From the NCBI GenBank assembly GCA_001029775.1, contig CP011215.1, positions 426,303-490,302 on the forward strand: 64,000 nucleotides of DNA. Direction: 5' to 3'. Positions 27,814 to 37,391 of the stretch are shown one piece after another. A program made the translations under genes and the position numbers. The notes below the pieces were generated by a model, which saw nothing but the letters and a program-made list of their open reading frames with translations, did not search any database and had not been told where the DNA came from. The DNA comes from Candidatus Campbellbacteria bacterium GW2011_OD1_34_28 (GTDB taxonomy: Bacteria; Patescibacteriota; Minisyncoccia; Phycocordibacterales; UBA12079). Each line of letters opens with the position of its first letter. Positions within the stretch are counted from its first letter, which is position 1.

Positions 27814-29571
27814 ATGCAATCAAACGAAATACGACAAAGGTTTTTAAAATTTTTTGAAAAGAGAGGACATTCTATTATTCCTTCTGCTTCTTTAGTTCCC
27901 GAAAATGATCCTTCTGTACTTTTTAATACTGCTGGTATGCAACCGCTAGTACCGTATTTGTTAGGCGAAGAGCACCCTGCGGGAAAAATGATTGTTGATG
28001 CACAAAAATGTGTTAGAACAACAGACATTGAAGAAGTGGGTGACAATACTCACCTTACATTTTTTGAAATGCTAGGCAACTGGTCTTTAGGAGATTATTT
28101 CAAAAAAGATGCAATCAGTTGGTCTTATGAATTTTTGACTGATAAAAACGATGGGCTAGGACTTGATCCAAAAAAACTTTATGTAACTGTTTTTGAGGGG
28201 AACGATGATGCTCCGAGAGACGAAGAAGCATATTCAATTTGGAAAAATATTTTTGTTAATGCGGGACTAAATCCGGACGGACATATTTTCTTTATGTCTG
28301 CAGAATCAAATTGGTGGAGTCCAGGGGACAATGGACCATGTGGCCCTGATACCGAAATGTTTTATAGCACAGCGGGTGATTTGGGTGACTTAACAAAAGA
28401 AGAATTTATCAAAGCAGATGATGAACAAAAAATCGTTGAAATTTGGAACGATGTGTTTATGGAATATGAAAAAAAAGATGGGAAAGTAATTGGAAAATTG
28501 AAACAACACAATGTTGATACGGGAGCGGGATTGGAGAGGCTGGCAACCATGTTGCAGGGTAAGACAAATGTTTACGAGACAGATGGATTCAAAAGTATAA
28601 TGAACCAGACTAAACAGGTCTCCTCAGACAAAAAATCTCAAAGAATTATTGCCGATCATTTGAGAACTTCTGTTTTTATTATTGCTGACGGTGTATTACC
28701 AGATAATCATGATCAAGGTTATGTCTTGAGAAGAATTTTGAGAAGAGCTATCTTAAAGACTGATAATAAAGAAATAAATGCAGGAAATGTTTCAACCCTT
28801 GTAGATTCAGTCGTTGATTATTATGGAGGTTTTTATAAAAATTTATCTGATAAGAGAGCGGAAATAAAACAAATAATCGAAAAAGAAAATGAAAAATTTT
28901 CAAAAACTTTGTCTCAAGGTTTAAAACAGTTGGAAAAAATTTCAGGGGATATCTCAGGAAAAGATGCTTTTGTTTTATCTGCTACTTATGGTTTTCCTAT
29001 TGAAATAACAGAAGAAATTGCAAAAGAAAAAGGTGTGTTTATTGATATAAAAGGATACGAAGAAGAAATGAAAAAACATCAAGAACTTTCAAAGACAGCT
29101 TCGGCGGGTAAATTTAAAGGAGGTCTTGCAGGTGACGATGAAAATTCTACAAAATTACATACTGCTACTCATATGTTGCATCAAGCATTGCGACAAGTTC
29201 TGGGCGATCATGTCGTTCAAAAAGGAAGTAACATTACACCAGACAGACTAAGGTTTGATTTTTCTCATTCTGATAAAATGACTGACGAAGAAAAACAGAA
29301 AGTAGAAAATATTGTAAACGAACAAATTCAAAAACATTTGGATGTAAAAATGCAAGAAATGTCTGTGAGTGAAGCAAAAGAAAAAGGAGCGCTAGGTGTA
29401 TTTGATGAAAAATACGGAGAGAAAGTAAAAGTTTACTCTGTTGGTTCATTTAGCAAAGAAATTTGTGGAGGACCTCACATAAAAAATACAAGCGAGTTGG
29501 GAGTTTTCAAAATCAAAAAAGAAGAAGCTAGCTCGGCTGGCGTGCGTCGTATAAAAGCGATATTAGAGTAG
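27814..29571 (+). CDS. alaS: Alanyl-tRNA synthetase, compact form (catalytic + tRNA-recognition + editing domains, no C-Ala extension)
   Basis: MQSNEIRQRFLKFFEKRGH start; WNDVFMEY, editing HTATHMLHQALRQVLGDH and C-terminal CGGPH motifs; own TTGATA-N17-TATACT promoter at ~27771-27806, near-leaderless; ORF-track start 27778 is too far upstream. Confidence 0.9.
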   Translation: MQSNEIRQRFLKFFEKRGHSIIPSASLVPENDPSVLFNTAGMQPLVPYLLGEEHPAGKMIVDAQKCVRTTDIEEVGDNTHLTFFEMLGNWSLGDYFKKDAISWSYEFLTDKNDGLGLDPKKLYVTVFEGNDDAPRDEEAYSIWKNIFVNAGLNPDGHIFFMSAESNWWSPGDNGPCGPDTEMFYSTAGDLGDLTKEEFIKADDEQKIVEIWNDVFMEYEKKDGKVIGKLKQHNVDTGAGLERLATMLQGKTNVYETDGFKSIMNQTKQVSSDKKSQRIIADHLRTSVFIIADGVLPDNHDQGYVLRRILRRAILKTDNKEINAGNVSTLVDSVVDYYGGFYKNLSDKRAEIKQIIEKENEKFSKTLSQGLKQLEKISGDISGKDAFVLSATYGFPIEITEEIAKEKGVFIDIKGYEEEMKKHQELSKTASAGKFKGGLAGDDENSTKLHTATHMLHQALRQVLGDHVVQKGSNITPDRLRFDFSHSDKMTDEEKQKVENIVNEQIQKHLDVKMQEMSVSEAKEKGALGVFDEKYGEKVKVYSVGSFSKEICGGPHIKNTSELGVFKIKKEEASSAGVRRIKAILE

Positions 29572-29660
29572 AAAGGGGTAAGGTATAAGGTGTAAGTATA
29601 AAAAATTTCCACAAAATTCTACTTTCTACTTTCTACTTTCTCCTTTATACTATTATATGT

Positions 29661-30875
29661 ATGTCGCTATTTTCGTTTTCAAAAAATAAAACAGAAGAAG
29701 AAGGGGTTGTTTTGGTTTTTGATATTGGGAGTGCCAGTGTTGGTGGCGCTCTTGTTTCTCTTCGTAAAAATAAAAAACCAAAAATTCTCTACAATGTACG
29801 AAAATCAATGGCCTTTAAAGAGGATTTAGATATAAACAAATTTACCGCTTCTATGATCAGAACTCTTAGTTCTGTTGTCGCTGATGTTGAAAGAAAAGGA
29901 ATATCGCATCTCAATTTTAGGAGTTTAAAAAACAAAGAAATAAGAGACGCTTTTTGTTTCTTTTCTTCTCCTTGGTATATTTCACAAACTCAAGTTGTTA
30001 AGTTGGAAGAAAAAGAAAAATTTTTTATTACCAATGAGATGATAAAAGATATTTTAGAGAAAGAAAAATCTGATTTTATAAAAAATAATGAGAAATTCTT
30101 TGGTGACGGTAGTGATGTTGAATTTATGGACAGTAAAGTCATTCAGGTCAGATTGAATGGTTACAGAGTAGAAGATCCTTTCAAGAAAAAAACGAATCAT
30201 GCAGAGGTAGTAGTATATCTAAGTTTAATTTCGTCTGATGTAGAAGAAAAAGTAAAACAAGTTATCGCAAAACCTTTTCACCTGGATAATATTTATTCTC
30301 ACTCGTTTACCTTAGCAGGATTTTTGTCACTGAGGGATATTTTTGAATTTGAAGACGATTTTGTTTTTTTGGATATAAGTGGAGAGGTAACCGATGTTTC
30401 TTTTGTTAAAAACGATTCTTTACGAGAAACCGAAACTTTTCCAGTCGGGCGAAATGCATTTATTCGCGAAATATTGAAAGATTTTAAAACAAATTATAGC
30501 AGTGCTGTTTCCATGATCAATGTTTATAAAGCGGGAAATATTGACTCGGACAATTCAAAAAAGATAGAAGCATCTTTGAACAAGGTCAGAAAGAGTTGGG
30601 TTAAGTATCTGGAAAATTCTATGTTTGAACTTTCTCATGGAGCAATTTTACCAAGAACTATTTTTGTAATTGCAGATGAGGATCTTGGAGAGATTTTGAT
30701 AAATATAATTCAAGAAGAAAAATTTACTAAATTGGTTTTTCCTGATTACAACAAATCAACAAATCCAATTTTGATAAAACCAGATATAATGGGGAAAATT
30801 TGTGATATTGAAAATGATGTAGAAAAAGACATATTTATCATTATGGAAGCTGTTTTCATCAATAGATTGATTTAA
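29661..30875 (+). CDS. Actin-like ATPase of the FtsA/PilM family (hypothetical)
   Basis: N-terminal VLVFDIGSASVGGALV phosphate-1-like motif and later FLDISGEVTDVSF (GGxTD-like) motif; no database check possible. Confidence 0.45.
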   Translation: MSLFSFSKNKTEEEGVVLVFDIGSASVGGALVSLRKNKKPKILYNVRKSMAFKEDLDINKFTASMIRTLSSVVADVERKGISHLNFRSLKNKEIRDAFCFFSSPWYISQTQVVKLEEKEKFFITNEMIKDILEKEKSDFIKNNEKFFGDGSDVEFMDSKVIQVRLNGYRVEDPFKKKTNHAEVVVYLSLISSDVEEKVKQVIAKPFHLDNIYSHSFTLAGFLSLRDIFEFEDDFVFLDISGEVTDVSFVKNDSLRETETFPVGRNAFIREILKDFKTNYSSAVSMINVYKAGNIDSDNSKKIEASLNKVRKSWVKYLENSMFELSHGAILPRTIFVIADEDLGEILINIIQEEKFTKLVFPDYNKSTNPILIKPDIMGKICDIENDVEKDIFIIMEAVFINRLI

Positions 30876-30951
30876 TCAGAAAAAGTTAGAGTTATGTTGT
30901 TGTTTGTGATATATTATTAACATTAAAGAGTAATTAATTTCTATTTTTATT

Positions 30952-32355
30952 ATGAAAAAAAATGTCTTGCAAGATGTGATGCCCCCAAGAAAAAGATCAA
31001 TCAGGGATATTCCAATAGGCCACAAAAGAAGAGGGTCTTTGGAATATAAATCTGACGATATGATCGAAAGTAAACCTGTTGAGCAGGTTTACAAATTGAA
31101 TAATTCTCTTGACATCCGTCCTAGAAAAATAGAAATTCCAGAAGAAGAAGATCACAATAATGATGTTTTTGACAATGATAAAAAGAATAATGTTTCGAGA
31201 GGTTTAAAAGCAAAGTGGTGGCTAATTGTTCTGGCTTTTGTTGCCATTTTAGCGTTTTTATTTTCGGCAATTTTCTCTGGAGCAGAAATAGTTATTTATC
31301 CAAAACAGGAAAAAGTTAATTTCCAACTAGATTTAACTGCGATAAAAGAAGGGGTTCAAACAGAAATTCCAGGTGTTTTGTTTAAAACGGTTACTATCAC
31401 ATCGGAAGGATCAAAGACAACTAAAAATTTCACAGAAAAAGAGGTTGCGAAAAAAGCATCAGGAGAGATCGTTATTTTCAATGAATATGATTCGGCTCCA
31501 CAAAGATTGGTCATCAATACAAGATTTGAGTCTTCTGACGGACTAATTTATAGAATACCAAAATCAATTACCGTTCCAGGAAAAAAAATCGGATCTGATG
31601 GAAAAGTTACCCCTGGAAGTATCCAAGTTACCGTTTATGCCGATGCTGTTGGAGAAGAATACAATATTGGATTGTCAGATTTTACAGTTCCTGGTTTCAA
31701 AGGGACTGACAGATTTAGCAAGTTTTATGCAAGATCAAAGACCTCAATGTCAGGAGGATTTTCAGGTATGATGAAAGTTGTGGCTGATACAGAGCTAGAA
31801 GGTATGACTACAGAAATAAAAACAAATTTGGAAAAAGATTTGAAGACTCAGATTTATTCTCAAATTCCAGAAGGCTTTGTTTTGTATGATGAGGGAATAT
31901 TCTTTGATTTTGAACCTCAAAATAATGTTGAAGAAGGAGATTCTGTAAAGGTTGTTCAAAAAGGAACATTGACCGCTGTTATTTTCGATAAAAACGTTTT
32001 AAGTAATTTTATTGCTCAAAATGTTATCGATAATTTGGGTGGGGGAACAGTAGAAATTGTTAATATAGAAGATTTAAAATTTACTCTTCCTGAAAAAGAT
32101 TATATAAATATTTCTGGCGGAGATACATTTGATTTTGATTTGGAAGGAGATGCTCATTTTGCATGGGTGTTTGATGAAAATAAATTAAAAACAGATCTCG
32201 CTGGAAAACCGAAAAAGCAAATAGAATCTATTTTGTCTCAGTACGATGGTATAGATAATATTGCCGTTATTCTAAGACCTTTCTGGAAAAGAAGTTTGCC
32301 AAGCAGTGTTGAAAGAATAAAAATTACTAGAAATTTGGAAGAGAAAGTTAATTAA
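30952..32355 (+). CDS. Hypothetical bitopic membrane protein (cytoplasmic N-terminus, one TM, ~350 aa extracytoplasmic domain)
   Basis: TM WWLIVLAFVAILAFLFSAIFSG; no recognisable catalytic motifs. Confidence 0.5.
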   Translation: MKKNVLQDVMPPRKRSIRDIPIGHKRRGSLEYKSDDMIESKPVEQVYKLNNSLDIRPRKIEIPEEEDHNNDVFDNDKKNNVSRGLKAKWWLIVLAFVAILAFLFSAIFSGAEIVIYPKQEKVNFQLDLTAIKEGVQTEIPGVLFKTVTITSEGSKTTKNFTEKEVAKKASGEIVIFNEYDSAPQRLVINTRFESSDGLIYRIPKSITVPGKKIGSDGKVTPGSIQVTVYADAVGEEYNIGLSDFTVPGFKGTDRFSKFYARSKTSMSGGFSGMMKVVADTELEGMTTEIKTNLEKDLKTQIYSQIPEGFVLYDEGIFFDFEPQNNVEEGDSVKVVQKGTLTAVIFDKNVLSNFIAQNVIDNLGGGTVEIVNIEDLKFTLPEKDYINISGGDTFDFDLEGDAHFAWVFDENKLKTDLAGKPKKQIESILSQYDGIDNIAVILRPFWKRSLPSSVERIKITRNLEEKVN

Positions 32356-32445
32356 AAGCTTATAAAATTGAATAAAAACGGATTTACCGATTTTTCTTGC
32401 TAAATACAAGATATTTTGGTAGTATTGTTCCGTATTGATTTGCAG

Positions 32446-32667
32446 ATGAATAATAATAACGAAAAAGAATTAATTGTAACCGGTGTTGTCGTAGAGGCTC
32501 TGCCAAACGCGATGTTTCGCGTTGATTTAGATAACGACGGTGGAGAAATGTTGTCATTTTTGTCTGGAAAGATGAGAATGCACAGAATCAGAGTCTTGGT
32601 GGGTGATAAAGTGTCCATCAAAACAGATCCTTACGGCGGTAAAGGTAGAATCATAAAAAGAATGTAA
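32446..32667 (+). CDS. infA: Translation initiation factor IF-1
   Basis: S1-like OB fold sequence [64 protein letters not shown]; start at MNNNNEKE (ORF-track start 32416 probably too early). Confidence 0.9.
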   Translation: MNNNNEKELIVTGVVVEALPNAMFRVDLDNDGGEMLSFLSGKMRMHRIRVLVGDKVSIKTDPYGGKGRIIKRM

Positions 32668-32760
32668 TTGTGGTTTATATATGGTTTCAGTAAAAACCAA
32701 TATCATCATTGGTGTTGGGGTTTACATTTTTAATATAAATTGATATATTAGTTGAGCAAA

Positions 32761-32874
32761 ATGAAAATCAAGTCTTCAGTAAAAAAAATATGTATAAAAT
32801 GTAAAAGCGTCCGCAGAAAGGGACGTTTGCATATTATCTGTGAGAATCCAAAGCATAAGCAAAGACAAGGCTAA
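32761..32874 (+). CDS. rpmJ: 50S ribosomal protein L36
   Basis: 38-codon [40 protein letters not shown] with zinc-ribbon CxxC...CxxxxH pattern, in canonical infA-rpmJ-rpsM position; absent from ORF track because short. Confidence 0.85.
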   Translation: MKIKSSVKKICIKCKSVRRKGRLHIICENPKHKQRQG

Positions 32875-32917
32875 TTAAAAATTTAAATATTTAAACATTT
32901 AAATATAAACAAATACT

Positions 32918-33298
32918 ATGAGAATTTTAGGAATAACAATACCAGACGAAAAGAGATTAGAGATAGGGTTAACAGCCCTTTTTGGTGTTGGTAGATCTCG
33001 TGCTCAAAAAGTTTTGGATAAAGCAAAGATTGATCACGGAAAAAAAGCAAAAGATCTTTCAGTAGATGAAGAAAACAAAATCAGAGAGATCCTAGAATCA
33101 TACAAAATAGAAGGTGATTTAAAAAGAGAAGTTTCAGGAAATGTTAAAAGACTGAAAGATATCATGTCATACAGAGGTTCAAGACACGCAAAGAAATTAC
33201 CTGTTCACGGACAATCTACAAAAACAAATTCAAGAACAGTTAGAGGAAATGTTAGAAAGACTATGGGATCGGGTAGAACAAAAGTAGACAAAAAATAA
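32918..33298 (+). CDS. rpsM: 30S ribosomal protein S13
   Basis: MRILGITIPDEKRLEIGLTALFGVGRSRA signature. Confidence 0.95.
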   Translation: MRILGITIPDEKRLEIGLTALFGVGRSRAQKVLDKAKIDHGKKAKDLSVDEENKIREILESYKIEGDLKREVSGNVKRLKDIMSYRGSRHAKKLPVHGQSTKTNSRTVRGNVRKTMGSGRTKVDKK

Positions 33299-33375
33299 TA
33301 ATTCCAAAATTGACGACCTTTGCTTTCATTTTTAAAAAAAAATGAAAGCGAATCTCATTCAATTTTGAAATTATT
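33299..33375. mobile_element. MITE-like element, short copy C (ATTCCAAAATTGACG...TTCAATTTTGAAAT)
   Basis: ~75 bp near-perfect hairpin with the same termini as the longer copies, immediately after rpsM stop. Confidence 0.6.
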
Positions 33376-33402
33376 TGAATTTTAATAAAATTAAAATCAA
33401 TT

Positions 33403-33837
33403 ATGGGAAAAAAGAGAGTAGTTAAAAAAACAGGTGGTGAGAAAGCGTCTGGAACAAAGACGGCTTCTAAAGTTTCAAAGAAGAGATTTGCTTCGGGTAC
33501 TTTGCATATCCAATCAACATACAACAACACAAGAGTTTCTTTGACTGACAAAGACGGAAACTTGCTAGCATCTTCTTCTTGTGGAGCATTGGGATTTAAA
33601 GGAGCAAAGAAAGGAACACCATTTGCTGCAGCAAAGGCTGGAGAATTGATTGGTGATAAGGCATTAAATGTTGGAATCAAAGAGGTAAATGTTATCGTAA
33701 AGGGAGTAGGTGCTGGAAGAGAATCAGCTATCAGAGGTTTTTTGTCTACAAGCGGAAATGCAGAATTATCAGCTATTAAAGATGTTACTCCGGTTCCTCA
33801 CAATGGTCCAAAGCCAAAGAAACCAAGAAGAGTCTAA
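33403..33837 (+). CDS. rpsK: 30S ribosomal protein S11
   Basis: GTLHIQSTYNNTRVSLTDKDGN...GFKGAKKGTPFAA signature. Confidence 0.95.
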   Translation: MGKKRVVKKTGGEKASGTKTASKVSKKRFASGTLHIQSTYNNTRVSLTDKDGNLLASSSCGALGFKGAKKGTPFAAAKAGELIGDKALNVGIKEVNVIVKGVGAGRESAIRGFLSTSGNAELSAIKDVTPVPHNGPKPKKPRRV

Positions 33838-33859
33838 AAACTAATAACTACTAACTAAT

Positions 33860-34468
33860 ATGAGCAGAATCAAAAAATATAAAATAGGAAGAAGATTAGG
33901 CGCTGGGGTTTATGAACAATGTCAAACCCAGAAGTTTGCTTTGTCTGAACAAAAAAGAGGCGGAGGAAAAAGAATGACAAAAAGAAAACAAGTTTCAGAT
34001 TATGGAGCTCAGTTGATTGAAAAACAAAAAGTTAGATTTTCATACGGAATAAGAGAAAAGCAGTTGCAAAAATATGTTAAAGATGCGATGTCCAGAAAAG
34101 GAAGTCACGCGGATCACTTGTTTGAAGTTGTTGAAATGAGACTTGATAATACTGTGTACAGATTGGGCTTGGCAGAAACAAGAGCAAAGGCAAGACAAAT
34201 GGTTTCTCATGGTCATATTACAGTAAACGGAAAAAGATTAAATATCCCTTCATACAAAGTTTCTGCAGGAGAAATTGTTGGTATCAGAGCACAAAGTCAA
34301 AACAAAGGTTTGTTTGAGAATTTGGAAGAAAAGATAAAAGATACAAAAACTCCAAATTGGTTATCATTTGACATTAAAAAGAAGGAAGGAAAAGTTGTTG
34401 GAGTTCCAAAAATTGGAACAGCCGAATTCTTTGATTTAGCAGCCGTTTTTGAATACTATAGCCGATAG
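33860..34468 (+). CDS. rpsD: 30S ribosomal protein S4
   Basis: S4 domain RLDNTVYRLGLAETRAKARQMVSHGHITVNGKRLNIPSY. Confidence 0.95.
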   Translation: MSRIKKYKIGRRLGAGVYEQCQTQKFALSEQKRGGGKRMTKRKQVSDYGAQLIEKQKVRFSYGIREKQLQKYVKDAMSRKGSHADHLFEVVEMRLDNTVYRLGLAETRAKARQMVSHGHITVNGKRLNIPSYKVSAGEIVGIRAQSQNKGLFENLEEKIKDTKTPNWLSFDIKKKEGKVVGVPKIGTAEFFDLAAVFEYYSR

Positions 34469-34546
34469 TAGTGGATAGACTATTGCAAACTTGCAAAAAA
34501 TGTAGTATATTTTTATCAATTTTATTAAGTTTTTATTTTTTTCTCT

Positions 34547-35512
34547 ATGTCTGACTACAATATTTTAGTGCCTTCAAAGCCAAGGGTAGTTGAAGATGGC
34601 CAATTTAAAGGCGTATACGAAATAGACGGTCTTTATCCTGGATATGGATATACGCTAGGTAATTCTTTGAGAAGAATTATTTTGTCGTCTCTGCCTGGTG
34701 CTGCAATAACATCGGTTAAAATTGCTGGTGTTGATCACGAGTTTTCTACTATTAGTGGTGTAAAAGAAGATGTTATTAACATCATTTTAAATTTAAAGAA
34801 AGTAAGAATCAAATTGCTTACAGACGAACCTCAAGAAATTAGATTGAAGGTTAAGGGTGTTAAAGATGTAACAGCAAAAGATATAGAAATTCCAGGACAA
34901 GCAGAAATTCTTAATCCTGATCAGCATATTGCTTCTGTCACAGACAAAAATACAACACTTGAAATCAGTATGATCGTTGTAAAAGGTTTGGGATATATTC
35001 CAAAAGAAGAATTGCAAAAAGATAAAGTTGAAATTGGTTCAATCGCTTTGGACGCATACTTTACTCCTATCAGAAGAGTAAGTTATGAAGTTGAAAATAT
35101 GCGTGTTGGAGACAGAACAGACTTTAACAGATTGAGAATCTTTATTGAAACAGACGGAATGATAACAGCAAAAGAAGCTTTGGAAAATTCTATTGATATA
35201 ATGATAAGACAACTAAAAGCAATCGTTGGATTCAAAGAAGAAGAGGTTGTTGAAGAAAAACAAGAAGATAGCTCAGAAGATAAAGAAGATTCAAAAGACT
35301 CAGAAGATACAGAATTTTTGAAGACAAGAGTTGAAACTTTGGATCTATCAGCAAGAACAATGAATGCACTTGATTCAGCAAACATCAGAACAGTCGGAGG
35401 GTTGGCAAGAAAGAAAGAAGAAGATTTGTTAGCAATTGACGGATTGGGAGGAAAAGGTTTGCAAGAAATCAAAAGAGCATTAAGCAATTTTGGAATCACA
35501 CTAAAGAGTTAA
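34547..35512 (+). CDS. rpoA: DNA-directed RNA polymerase subunit alpha
   Basis: N-terminal dimerisation domain and C-terminal domain LDLSARTMNALDSANIRTVGGL. Confidence 0.95.
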   Translation: MSDYNILVPSKPRVVEDGQFKGVYEIDGLYPGYGYTLGNSLRRIILSSLPGAAITSVKIAGVDHEFSTISGVKEDVINIILNLKKVRIKLLTDEPQEIRLKVKGVKDVTAKDIEIPGQAEILNPDQHIASVTDKNTTLEISMIVVKGLGYIPKEELQKDKVEIGSIALDAYFTPIRRVSYEVENMRVGDRTDFNRLRIFIETDGMITAKEALENSIDIMIRQLKAIVGFKEEEVVEEKQEDSSEDKEDSKDSEDTEFLKTRVETLDLSARTMNALDSANIRTVGGLARKKEEDLLAIDGLGGKGLQEIKRALSNFGITLKS

Positions 35513-35549
35513 AAAGTTTGTAAAGTTAAAAGTTTGTAAAGACAGAAAC

Positions 35550-35906
35550 ATGAAACATCATAATTCAACAAGAAAATTAGGAAGAGTAAGTAAGCAAAGA
35601 ACAGCTTTGTTAAGGTCTTTGGCTATCTCATTTATTATTCACGGAAAGATAAAAACAACTACCGCAAAGGCTAAAGAATTGAGACCTTTCGTTGAAAAAA
35701 TAATTACAAAAGGAAAAACAGATTCTGTTGCTTCAAAAAGATTGGTTCTATCAAAATTGGGTAGTGGGGGGGATGAAGCAATGAAAGAGGTTTTTGAAAA
35801 AATTTCACCAAAATATAAAGAAAGAGAAGGCGGTTATACAAGAATCGTAAAAGTAGCAAGCAGAGTGGGGGATGGGAGTCAGATGTCAATTATTGAGTTT
35901 GTATAA
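35550..35906 (+). CDS. rplQ: 50S ribosomal protein L17
   Basis: MKHHNSTRKLGRVSKQRTALLRSLAISFIIHGKIKTT signature. Confidence 0.93.
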   Translation: MKHHNSTRKLGRVSKQRTALLRSLAISFIIHGKIKTTTAKAKELRPFVEKIITKGKTDSVASKRLVLSKLGSGGDEAMKEVFEKISPKYKEREGGYTRIVKVASRVGDGSQMSIIEFV

Positions 35907-36035
35907 AAAATTCCAAAATTGACGCATAACATCGTCGTCTTCACAAAAATTTTCTTCGCCTTATGTTGAATAAGGCTCAAAAAATTTTTGTTTGACTCCT
36001 TGTTCTGCATTCAATTTTGAAATTTTTTGTTGTTG
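35907..36035. mobile_element. MITE-like element, copy D
   Basis: TIR TTCCAAAATTGACGCA / TGCATTCAATTTTGAAA; internal ATAACATCGTCG...CTCCTTGTTCTG; starts at first base after rplQ stop. Confidence 0.7.
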
Positions 36036-36122
36036 CAATTAGTTAAAAAAGAGTTATAATTCAGGAGTCAAAAAAAGTTTAAAAATACTAAAAACTAATG
36101 ACTAAAAACTAAAAACTTATTT

Positions 36123-36467
36123 ATGGAGTACACAATCGATGCAAAAGGAAAAAAATTGGGAAGAATCGCAACTGAAGCGGCAACTTTGCTTATGGGAAAA
36201 AATTCACCCGATTTCAGTAGAAACACAGTAGCCGATGTAAAAGTAAATATCACCAACGCATCAAAATTGGATGCTGATGCAAAAAAAATGGATACAAAAC
36301 TTTACAATAGATACACAGGTTTTCCAGGAGGTTTGAGAACAGACAAAATGTCAAAAATCGTTGAGAAAAAAGGAATGGGAGAAATAATTAAAAAGGCTGT
36401 TCATGGAATGTTGCCTTCAAACAAGTTAAGAGCAATTATGATGAAAAATCTGATAATCAACGAATAA
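36123..36467 (+). CDS. rplM: 50S ribosomal protein L13
   Basis: Position before rpsI and characteristic KLGRIATEAATLLMGK N-terminus. Confidence 0.88.
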   Translation: MEYTIDAKGKKLGRIATEAATLLMGKNSPDFSRNTVADVKVNITNASKLDADAKKMDTKLYNRYTGFPGGLRTDKMSKIVEKKGMGEIIKKAVHGMLPSNKLRAIMMKNLIINE

Positions 36468-36473
36468 TAAATT

Positions 36474-36887
36474 ATGGTAAAAGACACAAACAAAAATAAA
36501 TATTACGAAGCTGTAGGAAGAAGAAAAACTGCTACTGCAAGAGTAAGACTAACAGAAGCCAAAGCAAATTCTTTTGTTATTAACAAAGACAAAGATTGCG
36601 ATTCTTATTTTGATACAAAAGAGTTGAGAGATATCGCACATGACGCTTTGATAAAATCAGAAGTTGCTACAAAATTTTCAGTTTCAGCCTTGATAAATGG
36701 AGGCGGAATCAATGGACAGGCAGAAGCCCTAAGACACGGAATTTCAAGAGCGCTTGTAAAATTTGATGAAAGTTCAAGAGGTAAATTGAAAAAAGAAGGT
36801 TTTCTAAAAAGAGATTCAAGAATGAAAGAAAGAAAGAAGCCGGGATTGAAGAAGGCTAGAAAAGCTCCTCAATGGTCAAAAAGATAA
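36474..36887 (+). CDS. rpsI: 30S ribosomal protein S9
   Basis: YYEAVGRRKTATARVRL...GGGINGQAEALRHGISRAL...KKARKAPQWSKR. Confidence 0.95.
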   Translation: MVKDTNKNKYYEAVGRRKTATARVRLTEAKANSFVINKDKDCDSYFDTKELRDIAHDALIKSEVATKFSVSALINGGGINGQAEALRHGISRALVKFDESSRGKLKKEGFLKRDSRMKERKKPGLKKARKAPQWSKR

Positions 36888-36894
36888 AAACAAA

Positions 36895-36925
36895 AAAACA
36901 CCCATCGGGTGTTTTTTTGTTTTTA
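36895..36925 (+). terminator. Intrinsic terminator after rpsI (AACACCC ATCG GGTGTT + T7)
   Basis: Stem-loop followed by T-run. Confidence 0.75.
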
Positions 36926-37026
36926 TCTTTTTGACCACAAGTAGTAAGGTATAAGGTATAAGGTGTAAGTAGACGAGAAATTTGAAACAAAAAAACCGCG
37001 CCTTGGGGGGCGCGGTTTGAAATGAG

Positions 37027-37237
37027 TTAATCAGGGATTTTGATAAACTCAGGGGTATTTTTTACCCCAAGCTCTGCCAGTTTGGCGAGAGCCTGCGGTA
37101 TTGAGATATTTTCCTTTTGAGCCAGCCTCAGCATTACTTGACTGGTGTGTTTGGGGAAGTGAATTATTTCTCCACAAATGGGAATGCTCACCTTTCGCAC
37201 ATCGTCTAATGGCAAATCTATCTTGTCTTCCGCCATC
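37027..37237 (-). CDS. Small hypothetical protein (70 aa) with SD GGAGG, TTGACA-N17-TAAAGT promoter and bidirectional terminator CCGCGCC...GGCGCGG
   Basis: ATG at 37237 preceded by TTGGAGGAAAATACG; terminator at ~36993..37018; GC-elevated relative to flanks. Confidence 0.55.
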
Positions 37238-37391
37238 GTATTTTCCTCCAAAATTTTTATAAGAGATAGAACATTTTGTCTTTGTAAACTTTATAAGTTT
37301 TTATACTATCTGTCAAGTTTTTTTAAACCCGAAATTTTGGTATGATTGGTGTGTTCGTTTACAAATTTTGTAAAAAAATCTATTTAAAAAT

